A DNA stretch of 64,000 nucleotides from Octopus vulgaris (GCA_951406725.2 OX597816.1:150598001-150662000), one strand, 5' to 3'; positions 40,801 through 52,073 are shown, counted from the first letter of the stretch. Numbers and translations are program-made. Notes: generated from the letters alone by a model not told the origin.

Positions 40801-41012
40801 GGCCGTTGCCAGCCTCGCCTGGCACCTGTGCAGGTGGCACATAAAAAGCACCCACTACACTCATGGAGTGGTTGGCGTTAGGAAGGGCATCCAGTTGTAG
40901 AAACACTGCCAGATCAGACTGGAGCCTGGTGCAGCCTTCTGGCTTCCCAGATCCCCAGTCGAACCGTCCAACCCATGCTAGCATGGAGAACGGACGTTAA
41001 ACGATGATGATG
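40801..41012 (+). mobile_element. Young RTE 3' tail insertion
   Basis: Near-identical to 39230-39400 and to the reverse complement of 1910-2125. (GAT)n tail. Confidence 0.9.
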
Positions 41013-41052
41013 ATTATTATTATTATTATCATTATTATTATTATCATCATCA

Positions 41053-41132
<80 letters not shown>

Positions 41133-41140
41133 TTTATTAT
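41011..41140. repeat. (ATT)n microsatellite abutting the exon B acceptor
   Basis: Direct reading. Confidence 0.95.
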
Positions 41141-41150
41141 ATTTTTTCAG

Positions 41151-41214
41151 CAATATACGGAATTTGGTTCTATGACAAAGATGATTGTGCTCGTGTGGGA
41201 CAGCTGATAAATAG
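41151..41214 (+). CDS. DCP1: DCP1 internal exon B (end of EVH1 domain)
   Basis: ttttttcag|CAA...ATAG|gtaaga, 64 nt. The phase 1 start is compatible with exon A. Translates (A)IYGIWFYDKDDCARVGQLIN(S), containing the IWFYD signature of Dcp1. Confidence 0.97.
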
Positions 41215-41628
41215 GTAAGAAAGATATTTCATGTATCTAATTTCAAGATCACTGTTTGTATGAAAATTATACAACTAAATGTAACAATTCTATTTCATTA
41301 CCAGTTCTGAGTAAGTCAGAAATGAAAAACAAACAGGTTTTATTCTGGGAAGTTTAGATTTCTGAATATAAAAGGATGAAACAATATGTTTTAAGGTATT
41401 TAGTCTAGCACTATACCATTTCAACCAATTCACTGACCTCTCATGTAATAACATTAATTATATTTATTAAATAAATACTAAATTAGCTTTTTATTTTGCA
41501 CCATAAACTAAAACTTATTGCTTTTCCTTCCTTTCTTCTCTCTCTCTCTCTCCCCCACTTTAAGTAGTATATATCAATATCTATCTGTCTATTTACCTAT
41601 CTATCTATTTATCTAATCTACGTATGCA

Positions 41629-41669
<41 letters not shown>

Positions 41670-41672
<3 letters not shown>

Positions 41673-42125
41673 AGAATATAAGGATAAAAATCACGTTGAT
41701 GATTTTTATCAAGTAGTCAGCATGCTATAAAAATTTATAGACAATACATTAGATTAATAATAATGTGCATATTTATGTAATTATATCAAGAGAGATCAGG
41801 CAAAAACAAACCTTTCTCCAGCATGCTTTGAGTGCCAATGCCTTCAAAAACTACCAAAATCTCCAGCTCAATCCAAATAACTGTATGTACAATTATTTGG
41901 ACTTATATTCCCCTATCCATGTATTGTGTTGACGAAGGAAAAAAGCTATTTTTTGCTTTAATCCAGAAATTGGAACCAATTCACAATTAATGTGAGCTCT
42001 TTTTAATTTTCTCTCACTAGCCTGATTTCAGCCACGTGTATATTTTAGCTGGAATTTTCGGTAGTTTTTGAAGGTATCGACATTTCAAGCATGCTGGAGT
42101 AAGGTTGTTTTCGCCCAATCTCCCT

Positions 42126-42132
<7 letters not shown>
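41670..42132 (+). mobile_element. Second non-coding fold-back element, probably Penelope pLTR-derived
   Basis: Inverted arms of about 87 bp at 41782-41868 and 42047-42132. Hammerhead-like fold in the spacer. Flanked by (TG)n and (TA)n. Confidence 0.72.
41923..41987 (+). ncRNA. Variant type I hammerhead-like motif
   Basis: ATTGTG-TTGACGA-aGGA..AAAGC..GCTTT..TCCa-GAAA-TTGGaaCCAA-TT-CACAAT: all three stems form, but the core has C3 replaced by U. Confidence 0.58.
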
Positions 42133-42162
<30 letters not shown>

Positions 42163-42172
<10 letters not shown>

Positions 42173-42328
42173 TAAATTAGAGACAAAACCACTATTATGC
42201 AAATCAAACAAAGAAAGACGTAAGCCAATACATAAAATAATTTATATAAATTATTTTATGTATTGGCTTAAGTCTTTCTTTGTTTGATTTGCATAATAGT
42301 GGTTTTGTCTCTAATTTAATATAATATA
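42163..42328. repeat. 166 bp near-perfect palindrome
   Basis: Centre TTTATATAAA (42241-42250), no spacer, one mismatch (GACGTAAG versus CTTAAGTC). Confidence 0.93.
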
Positions 42329-42398
42329 ATATTTTACTATAAAATTGGATTCAATCCTAAATCTGATTTTTCCCTGTAAATTTGGATTTATTCCCTAA

Positions 42399-42427
<29 letters not shown>

Positions 42428-42430
<3 letters not shown>

Positions 42431-43100
42431 CAGAAGGGATGCTCAAAAGAAACCAGAGTTTTGCAATATTATTTTATTCACTTAGTTTTACATGTTTACA
42501 CTTTTATTGCCTTCAAAGTATTCTCCATTTGAAGCAATGCATCAGTCCAGATGCATTTTCCACTGTTCAAAGCAGTCCTGAAACTCTTGCAAAGTGATGC
42601 CTTTTAAGACCTCTGTCATTTTTGTCTTCACGTCTTAAAGGACTTTTTTTATTGAGGGGAACAAAAAGGGTCCGGATCAACTTCCAGCTGTTCTTTCAGT
42701 TCACATGTATTCAGCCATGACTGCTTTTGATCTTCAGTTACCAACTGAAGCACAAATTTTGCTTCAACTCTTTTCATTCATAATTCCTTGCTCAAAATTC
42801 ATTGGCAGGAGCTCCAGGACACACTGGTCATATCAACAAGTTTGTCAGTTGTTCAGCGATGGTTCTCCAAGACCAGTTCATGAATTGTCATGATTTCTGC
42901 CTTTGTTCAGGAGGTCAACAGTTGCTCTGAACAAAGTTGGCAAGTGCCCATTCCTAAAGCATGAAAAAAATACTTGTAAACGTGTTTTTTGCCCATGGCA
43001 GCATCCTTGTAAGCTATTTGAAGCATGACAACTGTTTCTGCTGCCATTTTCCACAGTAGAATTTCATGGAAGCACACTGTAATACCAGTCAGCAGATTGA
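42428..43100 (-). mobile_element. Internally deleted mariner remnant
   Basis: N-terminal HTH (KMAAETVVMLQIAYKDAAMGKKHVYKYF) and C-terminus (EVLKGITLQEFQDCFEQWKMHLD*CIASNGEYFEG). Lies next to (TA)n. Confidence 0.85.
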
Positions 43101-43271
43101 TGCCTGAGGGTTGCATGAAGTGTTCTAATCCAATACATTTATTGTCTTAGATTTGTGAGCAGGGCACTAAATTATGTGTCTCAACTCCCCTATATGTCAA
43201 AAATAGATACTAGCTCCTCAGCAAATGTTACCTGTTGTATTTAAGAATAGATTTATTCCTCATCTGCTTAA

Positions 43272-43848
43272 CCCTTTAACATTCACATTATTCTGTCAAA
43301 AGTAATGCTTATTTATTCTCATTGTTTTGAATTAATCTTTCATTATCTTGTAGCGTTGAAATTTTGAAGAGGTAATTGTTAACTTCAGAATGATACTAGA
43401 CTGCCCATGACCAATTAGGTCACCTGGAAAGTCTGAGTTTCCCAGCAACGAAATTTTGTTTCATGGGGTTTTTTTATCTCTTTCGCATGCTTTCAATGAA
43501 TGTAACATCAAAATCATGGATAAACAACTCCTTTCTCCAGAAAAGGAAAGATTTGGCTACTATTTCTTGCATACCCTGATACCACATAACAGGTATTTCA
43601 GGTCCTTTATCACAAATAGCAGTTACATGGTAGCAGGGTGTGCTAGAAATAGCAGCCAAATCTTTGGAGCTGAGATACGTTGAATGCACTCCAAAAAAGG
43701 TTTGTAATGGTATTCCATTAGAGTGATCTTTCACTTTGACTCTCACAACTGTCATCCAGATGAGCTGGTTTTGTTCGTCAACTTCCATCAATAATTTTTA
43801 TTTATTTACTTTTGTTTTAAAGTGAAAGTTGTATGAAAGTGTGTGTGT

Positions 43849-43880
<32 letters not shown>

Positions 43881-44752
43881 CACTTACACATACATGAGAA
43901 CTCTCTCTCTCCCACACATGCACACGTACATACAAAAAATATGTACTCATATGTATTGATGTATGTACGTATACATGACAACACACCCCCTTCACTCTCT
44001 CTCTCTTCTCTCTCTCTCTCTTCCTCTTTCTTTCTCTCTCTCTTTCTCTCTCTCTCTTTCTCTCTCTCTCTTCTCTCTCTCTTCCTCTCTCTTTCTCTTT
44101 CACACACACACAGCCATTTCATATACACGTACATACATCTTTTACTTTCTCCTCTCTTTCACTTTAAAACAAAAGTAAATTAATTAAAAAAATTTTACAG
44201 AAATTAATAGCTTGAAAATAATTTTAAAAAAACATTAAAATATTGTCTGTTTAAAGAAAGTTAAAATATAAATACTTACTGTTCAAACAACTTACATTTT
44301 TTAAATTACATTCAGGCAAAAATATTTCTAAATGAGTAAAATATTGTGTACGTCAAAAAGTCGATGTTCTTTTTTTTTAGAGAGTGCTATGTGTGTGTAT
44401 ATGTCCCAGATAGTGGACGTGTGTTTGTGTTGATTGACTGCCATGACATTCATTATATGTGTGTATATGTATGTGTGTTGATGTCACAGAAGCCACGTTT
44501 TTTTTTTTCTTTTTGTCAAGAAATAACAAACAAAAATGTGTACTGCACTGCTGAAGGTAAGTATGAAAACAAATATGCAAAAAAAAAGATAAAATATACT
44601 ATTTCTGAGATATTTTGGGTACAAACAAACATCTCTAGAGTTTTAGCATTATTCAGATTGTAAAGTTGGTGTGAGAGGCCACCATATGGCCAGTTTGAAT
44701 ATAAAATAGGTCTAATATTTTGGCTGGATATAGCCAGTTTAAATGCTAATGG
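43272..44752. mobile_element. TTAA MITE split in two (43272-43400 and 44660-44752) by about 1.25 kb of other sequence
   Basis: The left half TTAACCCTTTAACATTC...AGAATGATA and the right half GGTGTGAGAGGC...AATGCTAATGGGTTAA together reproduce the 52074-52294 element. Confidence 0.65.
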
Positions 44753-45774
44753 GTTAATATAATGAAACCAGAACTAAATACTGCTCCTTATAATCCCCAT
44801 CACCATTGTCACCACTATGATTTTTAGTACCATTAAATTATTTTCTATAATGGTACCAAAAGAAGGGTTTTTTTTGTTGCCTTTCCACCTAAACATGAAG
44901 TTTAGGATTTCATAGTGGGTAAAGATGAGATCTGCAATACTGAATGACCTTCCAAAAATTATCATTTATGTACATGAACTAGCTACAGCTAAGTAAGTCT
45001 CTTAGTTGTTGCCATCTCTTAATGATTTGAGTTCTTAGCTGCACTTATGTTACTAATGTTCTTGAGATAGGCATGGACATCACACAGTCTTTTGCTTGGG
45101 TGTGTGTAAGAGAATGTGTGTGTGGGAAATATATGAAATACTGAAAGTGATAGAGAAAGAGGGAGAGATATGTATTATGTATGAAATATATGAAATAAAG
45201 AGAAAGAACTAGAGAAGGAGAAATAAAGTGTATGTGTATACAAATATGTGTGATGGGTGACAATACAAGTCAAGTATTGTGTGTGTATGAATGCAGACAT
45301 AATGCTTCTGTATGTTTGGCATACAAAAGCAGTAAATGTAAAAGATAGAGAAAATGCAAACGAGGAGGGGAGAGAAACATTATCTGAACAAGAATGAGAG
45401 AAAAGCAGAATGTGTGTGGAATAGGAAGAAAGTGATAGCATAAAAGAAGGATACAGAAAGAAAATGAAATGTGTGCTAGAGAGAGATATGTTAAGGGCTA
45501 TAGAAAGTAAGGAGAAAAAGAATGTATATATGGAAGGGTATAGAAAAGAATGAGTTGTGTGTATGTGTGTGTGTTCAGATGTAATTGAAGAGAGTATGTG
45601 CATGTAATTAGACATATATTTGCTCAAACTAATTAGACATAAATTTATTCATAACTGTTATTGAAATTTGTAGAGCAATAATTGTACAGAGTTACATGAT
45701 AAACTTCAAAAAGTTTTGCTTATTTCATTTTTCCACTTACAGAGGGAATTTTCAAAATACCTTTTTAGACCAAT

Positions 45775-46172
45775 GCAAGCATGGCTGTGTGATTTAGAAG
45801 CTTGGTTTGCAATCATATGGTTTCAGATCCACTGCATGGTACCTAGGATGAGTGCCTTCTACTATAGCCCCTAGCCAATAAAATTGCTTTTGAAATTGTG
45901 AATGAATTTAGCAAAAAGAAACTGTGTGGAAGCCTGTCATACATATATATATGTCTATGTATGTGTGCTTGTCCTTGTATTTGTTCCTACCACCAATTGA
46001 TAAAGGGTGTTGGTTTGTTTATGTCCCCATAACTTGGCAGTTCAGCAAAAGAGAATAAGAATCAGACTTAAAAATATATACAGAGGTTAGTTTATTTAAT
46101 TAAACCTTCCAAGACAGTGCCCCAGCATGGCCACAATCTAATGACTAAAACAAATGAAAGAGAAGATAAAAG
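45775..46172 (+). mobile_element. CORE-like SINE, near full length
   Basis: Homologous along its length to 30698-31078. Confidence 0.8.
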
Positions 46173-46420
46173 GTAACTTTTTTTTATTTGTTTGCAAACC
46201 TCCAACTTTTCAAGATTATTATTTACACAACAAAGTACACTCATCTGAATGGGAATTTCTAATCATCATTATGGGTTTCATAGCAGTTACCCATAAATGT
46301 TCTTTTCCTTCACTGATTTTGTATAAAATACTCACATCTGCTTGACATCTGAACTCCAAAATGATACATATGTCTGTATATAAGAGAGTGAATCTACATA
46401 AGTCTGTATATGAGAGAGTG

Positions 46421-46459
<39 letters not shown>

Positions 46460-46599
46460 TGTGTGTTTGTATTCATGTGTAAATGTGCATGTGTGTGCAT
46501 GTTTATAGATGATATGAAGTGTCAGGTGAGGAAATGTGTGGTTTTGATATTCAGTGTCTGTATGTTTCTGTCTGTTTCAGATGAATGGAATGAGTTTTT

Positions 46600-46686
46600 G
46601 TGTGTGTGCATTTATGTGTGTGTAAATGTATGTATATAAGTATATGTATGCATATAAGTGTATAGATATCTATATATGTATACGTG

Positions 46687-46725
<39 letters not shown>

Positions 46726-46877
46726 ATCTGTGCATATATATATAGATATGTGTGTATATATATATATAGATATATATGTATGCATATATATATATATATA
46801 TATATACATATATATATAGATATGTGTGTATATATATATATAGATATATATATAGATATGTGTATATATATATATAT

Positions 46878-46920
<43 letters not shown>

Positions 46921-46935
46921 TATATATTATGCATG

Positions 46936-46967
<32 letters not shown>

Positions 46968-47000
46968 ATATATATATATATATATATATATGTATGCATG

Positions 47001-47033
<33 letters not shown>

Positions 47034-47205
47034 GTGTGTGTGTATATATGTGTATGTATATATGTATATATGTGTATGTATATATATATATATATGCATG
47101 TATATTATATATAAACACAAATACATATGTTTACATACACACACACATACGTGTGTGTGTGCATAAATGTGTGAGTGTACATGTGTATGTGAGTGTATGT
47201 AGATA
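46600..47205. repeat. Long (TA)-rich compound microsatellite
   Basis: Direct reading. Source of many spurious YI-repeat ORFs. Confidence 0.97.
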
Positions 47206-48892
47206 TGAGAAATACACAAAAGATGAGAAATATAGAAATGATTGTTTTTATCATGTTGGTGATGATCGTTGGTGTTTTTGTTGTTGTTGTGGTGGTGGTA
47301 CTGCTGCTGCTTCTGACAGTGGCAGTGGTGGCACTAGTGGCAGCAGCAGTGGTGGCGAAACAATGACAGTGAAGATGTCTGAACAAATCCTGTCTATAAA
47401 TGGCTGAAAGTGATTACATATATAATGTCTAAATGTGAAACTATCCTGAGTTATAATTAAATTTACCCACTTGTCTACAGTCTTATCACCTGTCTATCTA
47501 TCTAACACCACTACCATCACCATCAACCACAACCTCACAGATTCCAGCCTCCACCCTCTTGACACAACTTCTGTTCTAGAACTCTCCAACACTTCTAAAG
47601 GAATATTTTTTTCTTGTTACTCAATACAGAAATAAATTAAATGCAGTTTCATGGCTGACTGTTCACTTGTAAACTTTTTACTTTACTCTATATTTTGAAT
47701 GACTTTTCCTTTATTATTTTTTCTTTTTTCTTCTAGTTTTTTATTATTATTATTGTCTAGGAAGAGGTTCCTTTTTTATGTTATCTGTTTGATCATAATT
47801 GTTAGTCTAAGAAGTGCCCATAGCTCTTTTAGATTTATTAAAACAATTGTATATGTAAGACACATTTGGACGTTTCTACAGTATTCTGTATCCTATAAAC
47901 TAGCTTATTGTTGGTGTCTGTGGCAAAGACCATTCAAGTCTCAGTAGATCTTAACTGTTAACCACACAGTATTTCAGGTTGCTTCACTACAGTGGGAACA
48001 CTATCAAATAACCTACTGTTTTATTAGCTTGCTGTGTTGATCTTAACTTCTTTGGGTATAGCTGTGTGAGTTTTCAGCAGTACTCTGACACCACCAACAT
48101 ATAATAGAACTCATGCGATTAATGTATAGAATTAAAGGAGTAAAATTAGTACGAATAATATTCAATTTGCAGTATTGATAGTTATTTGGTTATTGAATGG
48201 AAGGTCAGAAAATGTATAGAGGGATGTAATCTAGGAAGATTAAAGGAAATATGTAGATAAGAAGGATCAGAAGATGAAATGGGTACAGCAAGTTGATAAT
48301 ATTCCACTGAACTATCTGTTTCATTCATAGTATTTGTTGATAAAACTGTAGGGGACATGGTGTTAGTGGTGGTTGTACATTTTGTAGTGGCTAAAATAGT
48401 GGTGGTTCTGCTATAAGGGCTTAGTAATAATAATTATGACAGTTATGATGTTCAGCATTACAACAGCAGTAATTCTGTTTCTTTTGTTGTTGGTGACATT
48501 GGCATCTGTGGCATGTAGTGGTTTTGGCGACAGTTACTATTTGTATCTTGTTAGTTGAATGCTGTTAGCTTTCAATCTCACCATGGAAGTAACTTAGAAG
48601 AAGAATGAGCCAAAAAATATTAATCTTTCAAAACCACATGGATCTATAGAGTCAGTACTTGGTTCTAGCTTTCAAAGCATTAATCAGATGAAAGATAAAT
48701 CTCCAGCCAGTTAGAAGACTGGTTGAATACAGTTAGCTTACCCTCAGTTGGTGGTATTGAACTCAGTACTAAAAGCTAATGAAATACTGGTGCTACTAAC
48801 TGTCGTTATAATTCCTATTAAGAAGTAGATGTCTTGGGTATGGAGTCATTAAAGGAAATATGTAGATAAGAAGGATCAGAAGATGAAATGGG

Positions 48893-50139
48893 TACACACA
48901 CACTGTCTTGCAACACGAAATATCTCAAGCCTTTGGTCCTCATGGCACAGAACAATGGCAAATTTTTTCTTATCTGCTTCCCCTCTGGCTAAATAAACCT
49001 GTCTCCTAGCTTCCTTTCTGGCAGTCTGATACAATTCCCTGCTACCACCATTCTTCCAGTGCTTCCAAGCCTGTTTCTTTTCTCTTGGTTGAGAGGGAAC
49101 TTTGCACCATCTACAGATCTGGTCAGTGGCTCTCAGCAGGTTGTCCCGTAGAAACCTCCAGTGGTCTTCCACATCATGTGATGCTATATTCCCTTCTATT
49201 TCGTCAAAGGCTTCGAGTAATACATCTCTAAATCTCTGTCCATTTGCAGGATCTTTAAGCTTCCAGACCCTTCTCCTCTATGCTGGTCTTCTTCTGGGCA
49301 TCCATTTAGTCCTGATTCTGAAGTCGCTAACTACTAGCCTATGTTGTGGGGTACATTCTTCACCTGGGAAGGTTTTGGCATTTATAAGCAGCCATCTTTC
49401 CCTTTTTCTGGCAAGGATGTAGTCAGTTTGGCTAGTGTGTCTGCCAGAATGGTAGGTGACTAGGTGACTGGCAGGTTTCCTGAAGTTAGTATTGCAAACT
49501 CCAGCAGCCTGGTACCCTCCTCATTAAGGGAACCAAAACCATAGCCTCCATTTATGCCATGGAAGGCCCCTGCATGTTGTCCAACATGTCCACTAAAGTC
49601 ACCAGTCACAAAGAGAAGGTCCCTGTCATTTGTCAATGAGGCAGTCTGCAAGAGGGTGTCATAAAATCGGTCTTTCTGTCCATCAGGTATCCCGGCTGAG
49701 GGGCATAGGCCGAGATAACGGTTGCTAATCCATGATGTAGCACTAATCTTTTCTTAAGTATTCTATCGCATACTCTGAGTACCTCAATTACCTTATCAAC
49801 TCATTTCTCCATAAGAAGTATGCCCACGCCCCTGACCCCATCAGTGTTCTCTGCCCAGAAAATCTTGTACCTGTGTTCTTTGCCTGTGAGGAACCTAGCG
49901 GAACCTCCTCTCCACCTTACTTCTTGGAGGCAGTACAAATCTACACATTTCCATTCAAGCATCTCAACAATCTCACCAGACCTACCTTTCAGTGTGCCCA
50001 CGTTGAGTGTGCCAACTCTGAGGGTATGGTAGGTGTGGGCCCATAAGACTCTGGGATGGTGGACAGCAGCATCATGTACCTGAAAAGAAAGCTCACATTT
50101 GGCAGAATTCATAAACAAACAATTGCCTTCAACCTGCAT
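48893..50139 (-). mobile_element. RTE LINE 5' portion (AP endonuclease), 3'-truncated pseudogene
   Basis: LRVGTLNVGTLKGRSGEIVEMLE...LQEVRWRG, AYAPQ, GDFSGHVG and NEEGTRLLEFA motifs, with stops and frameshifts. Confidence 0.93.
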
Positions 50140-50419
50140 ACACTACACCATCATTTTTATGCAATATATGATCACTACCTTACATAGGATATAAACCCTA
50201 AGTAGGGGTGGGGATGGCGTTAAGCCTTTAGAAGTGTTCATGGGAGACAACCAAAGGAGGACAGAGGATACAGACTTCCGGTACAGGTGGAGAGGGTGAG
50301 AGGGCGAGTGTACCATGAGATAGCAAAATTAGATGAGAGTATCTTGTGGGTTCATATTCTTTTGGGGGTAGTTATTAAAATGGAGAAGGGGAATCTGAGT
50401 GCATGCGCTAGTTTATATA

Positions 50420-50560
50420 GGGTGGGGTGGTGATGCTGGAGGAGAGAGAAGTGGTGGTGGTGGAGGAGGGGGAAATGGTGGTGGTGGAGGAGGGGGAAGT
50501 GGTGGTGGTGGTGGTGGAGGGGGAAGTGGTGATGGTGGAGGAGGGGAAGTAGTGGTGGCA
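50420..50560. repeat. G-rich minisatellite, unit about GTGGTGGTGGTGGAGGAGGGGGAA
   Basis: About 5 degenerate copies by direct reading. Confidence 0.85.
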
Positions 50561-51044
50561 AAGCAAGTGAAAATTGAAACAGAGAGAAAGAGACAGAGTG
50601 AAGCACAGAGAGAGAGAGGGACTAGAGTCAGGAGAACACGAGGGCGAAAAATATTCTTTTGGAATTTTGGGTAACATAATTTCATGAAACAGCAAATGCT
50701 GATAATAGTGAAATAGAATTGAAAAATCTTAGAATTTTCGGTCAGCCAATCTGTGACAAGATTAGAGAAATAAGTGATGATGTGACAAACTTGAATAAAT
50801 GAATAGGTGATGAATAGCGAGTATGCATGAAGGAACTTAAGTTTGTCTTAAGACAACAGCAAGGAAGACGAAACTATGTGGACGGCTGATGCCAACACAA
50901 TTTTTTAAGTCTCATAGATTGTTAGTTTCCTAGGGATCTGGTCAAAAAATTTGTCAGTACCTTTCTTGATCATACCCAGGGCACCTACAACAACAGGAAT
51001 GGTTTTGGTTTATATAATTGCCATGTCTTATTCAGGTACCAATT

Positions 51045-51202
51045 TGCATGACACGACTGCAATTTTACTCGGCTTGATGGGTCTTCTTCTCAAGCACAAT
51101 ATAATGCCAAAGGTCTTGGTTATTGCCTCTGTGTGGCCAGTCATTGTCTCCGTGAAGCTCAAAGTTCGAAGATCATGCTTGTCCCATGTCTTCCTGGGTT
51201 TA
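51045..51202 (-). mobile_element. RTE ORF-end fragment
   Basis: Aligns with 2355-2480 and 4180-4330. Confidence 0.7.
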
Positions 51203-51211
51203 CCTCTATCA

Positions 51212-51420
51212 TGGAATCGTTAACACAACAGGCAAAATGCTTAATGGTATTTCGTCTGTCTTTACATCCTGGGTTCAAATTCCATCAAGGTCAACTTTGC
51301 CTTTCCTTTTGCGATTGATAAATTAAGTACCAATGAAACACTGAGGTTGATGTAATTGACTAGTCCACTCCTCCAAAATTTCAGGCTCTCTAGCCTATAG
51401 TAGATAGGATTATTATTAAT
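51212..51420 (+). mobile_element. Deu/Nin-domain-like SINE ending just upstream of exon C
   Basis: GGTTCAAATTCC box B, then GGTCAACTTTGCCTTTC...GATAAATTAAGTACCA and a (ATT)n tail. Confidence 0.78.
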
Positions 51421-51438
51421 TATTATTTTACTTTTCAG

Positions 51439-51646
51439 CCTTGTGCAGGTAACCATTGCCAATCACCAAACAAAAAGCCAATGTTTTATTCGATCAAGGA
51501 GAGCATCAGAGAGTGACACAATGGAAGAATGTTTGGCAGGTATTAAGAATGATAATGTACCTAATACTACTAATGCTACTACAGTGTTTTCTGGACCAGT
51601 AGATATCATCCAACTCTTATGTAAGGCTCAATACAAATACAACCAG
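51439..51646 (+). CDS. DCP1: DCP1 internal exon C (linker and post-EVH1 conserved helix)
   Basis: cttttcag|CCT...AACCAG|gtcagt, 208 nt, phase 2 to 0. Ends PVDIIQLLCKAQYKYNQ, similar to the DCP1 motif DILEMLSRAKDEY. Confidence 0.92.
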
Positions 51647-52073
51647 GTCAGTTTTATTAATTACTGCCACAACTACTATCATTACTTTCAGTACTATTAT
51701 TGTCGCTTTTTTTTACTATTATTGCCATTGATGATACTGTAAATTTTCACTACTGAAATTGTTTGCTAATACTATAGTTACAGCAATTACTGCCACTACT
51801 ATTATTACTATCACTATTTCTACTACTACTCTTATCTCTACTTTAATGCAAAAGGATTCCTACACTGCCCTCTATCAAGCTTTATTGTCATGTAAGATTT
51901 TACTTCTATTTTTTCCCTTTCTCAATTCTGTTATTTATTTGACCTTTTTTGCTGTTATTGTTTAACTGCAGATCAATACTGACCTTTTGCAAACATATGG
52001 TCAAAGGCATTCCAGTAATGACCACTCCAAATTTTGGCAGCATATAGGACTACATTATCTGCCATTAATTTAA

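Noticed and set aside
43474-43791. 105 aa ORF as a piggyBac transposase fragment
   Set aside because: Only MEVDEQNQLI loosely resembles GVDxxDQ. Downstream motifs are absent.
46551-47407. Long ORFs of YI/HT/CV repeats (also 23884-24427, 28955-29373, 13220-13552)
   Set aside because: They are translations of dinucleotide microsatellites, which lack stop codons. No coding evidence.
50352-50695. Poly-His, poly-Pro and poly-Gly ORFs
   Set aside because: Products of the G-rich minisatellite, with no splice-compatible context.
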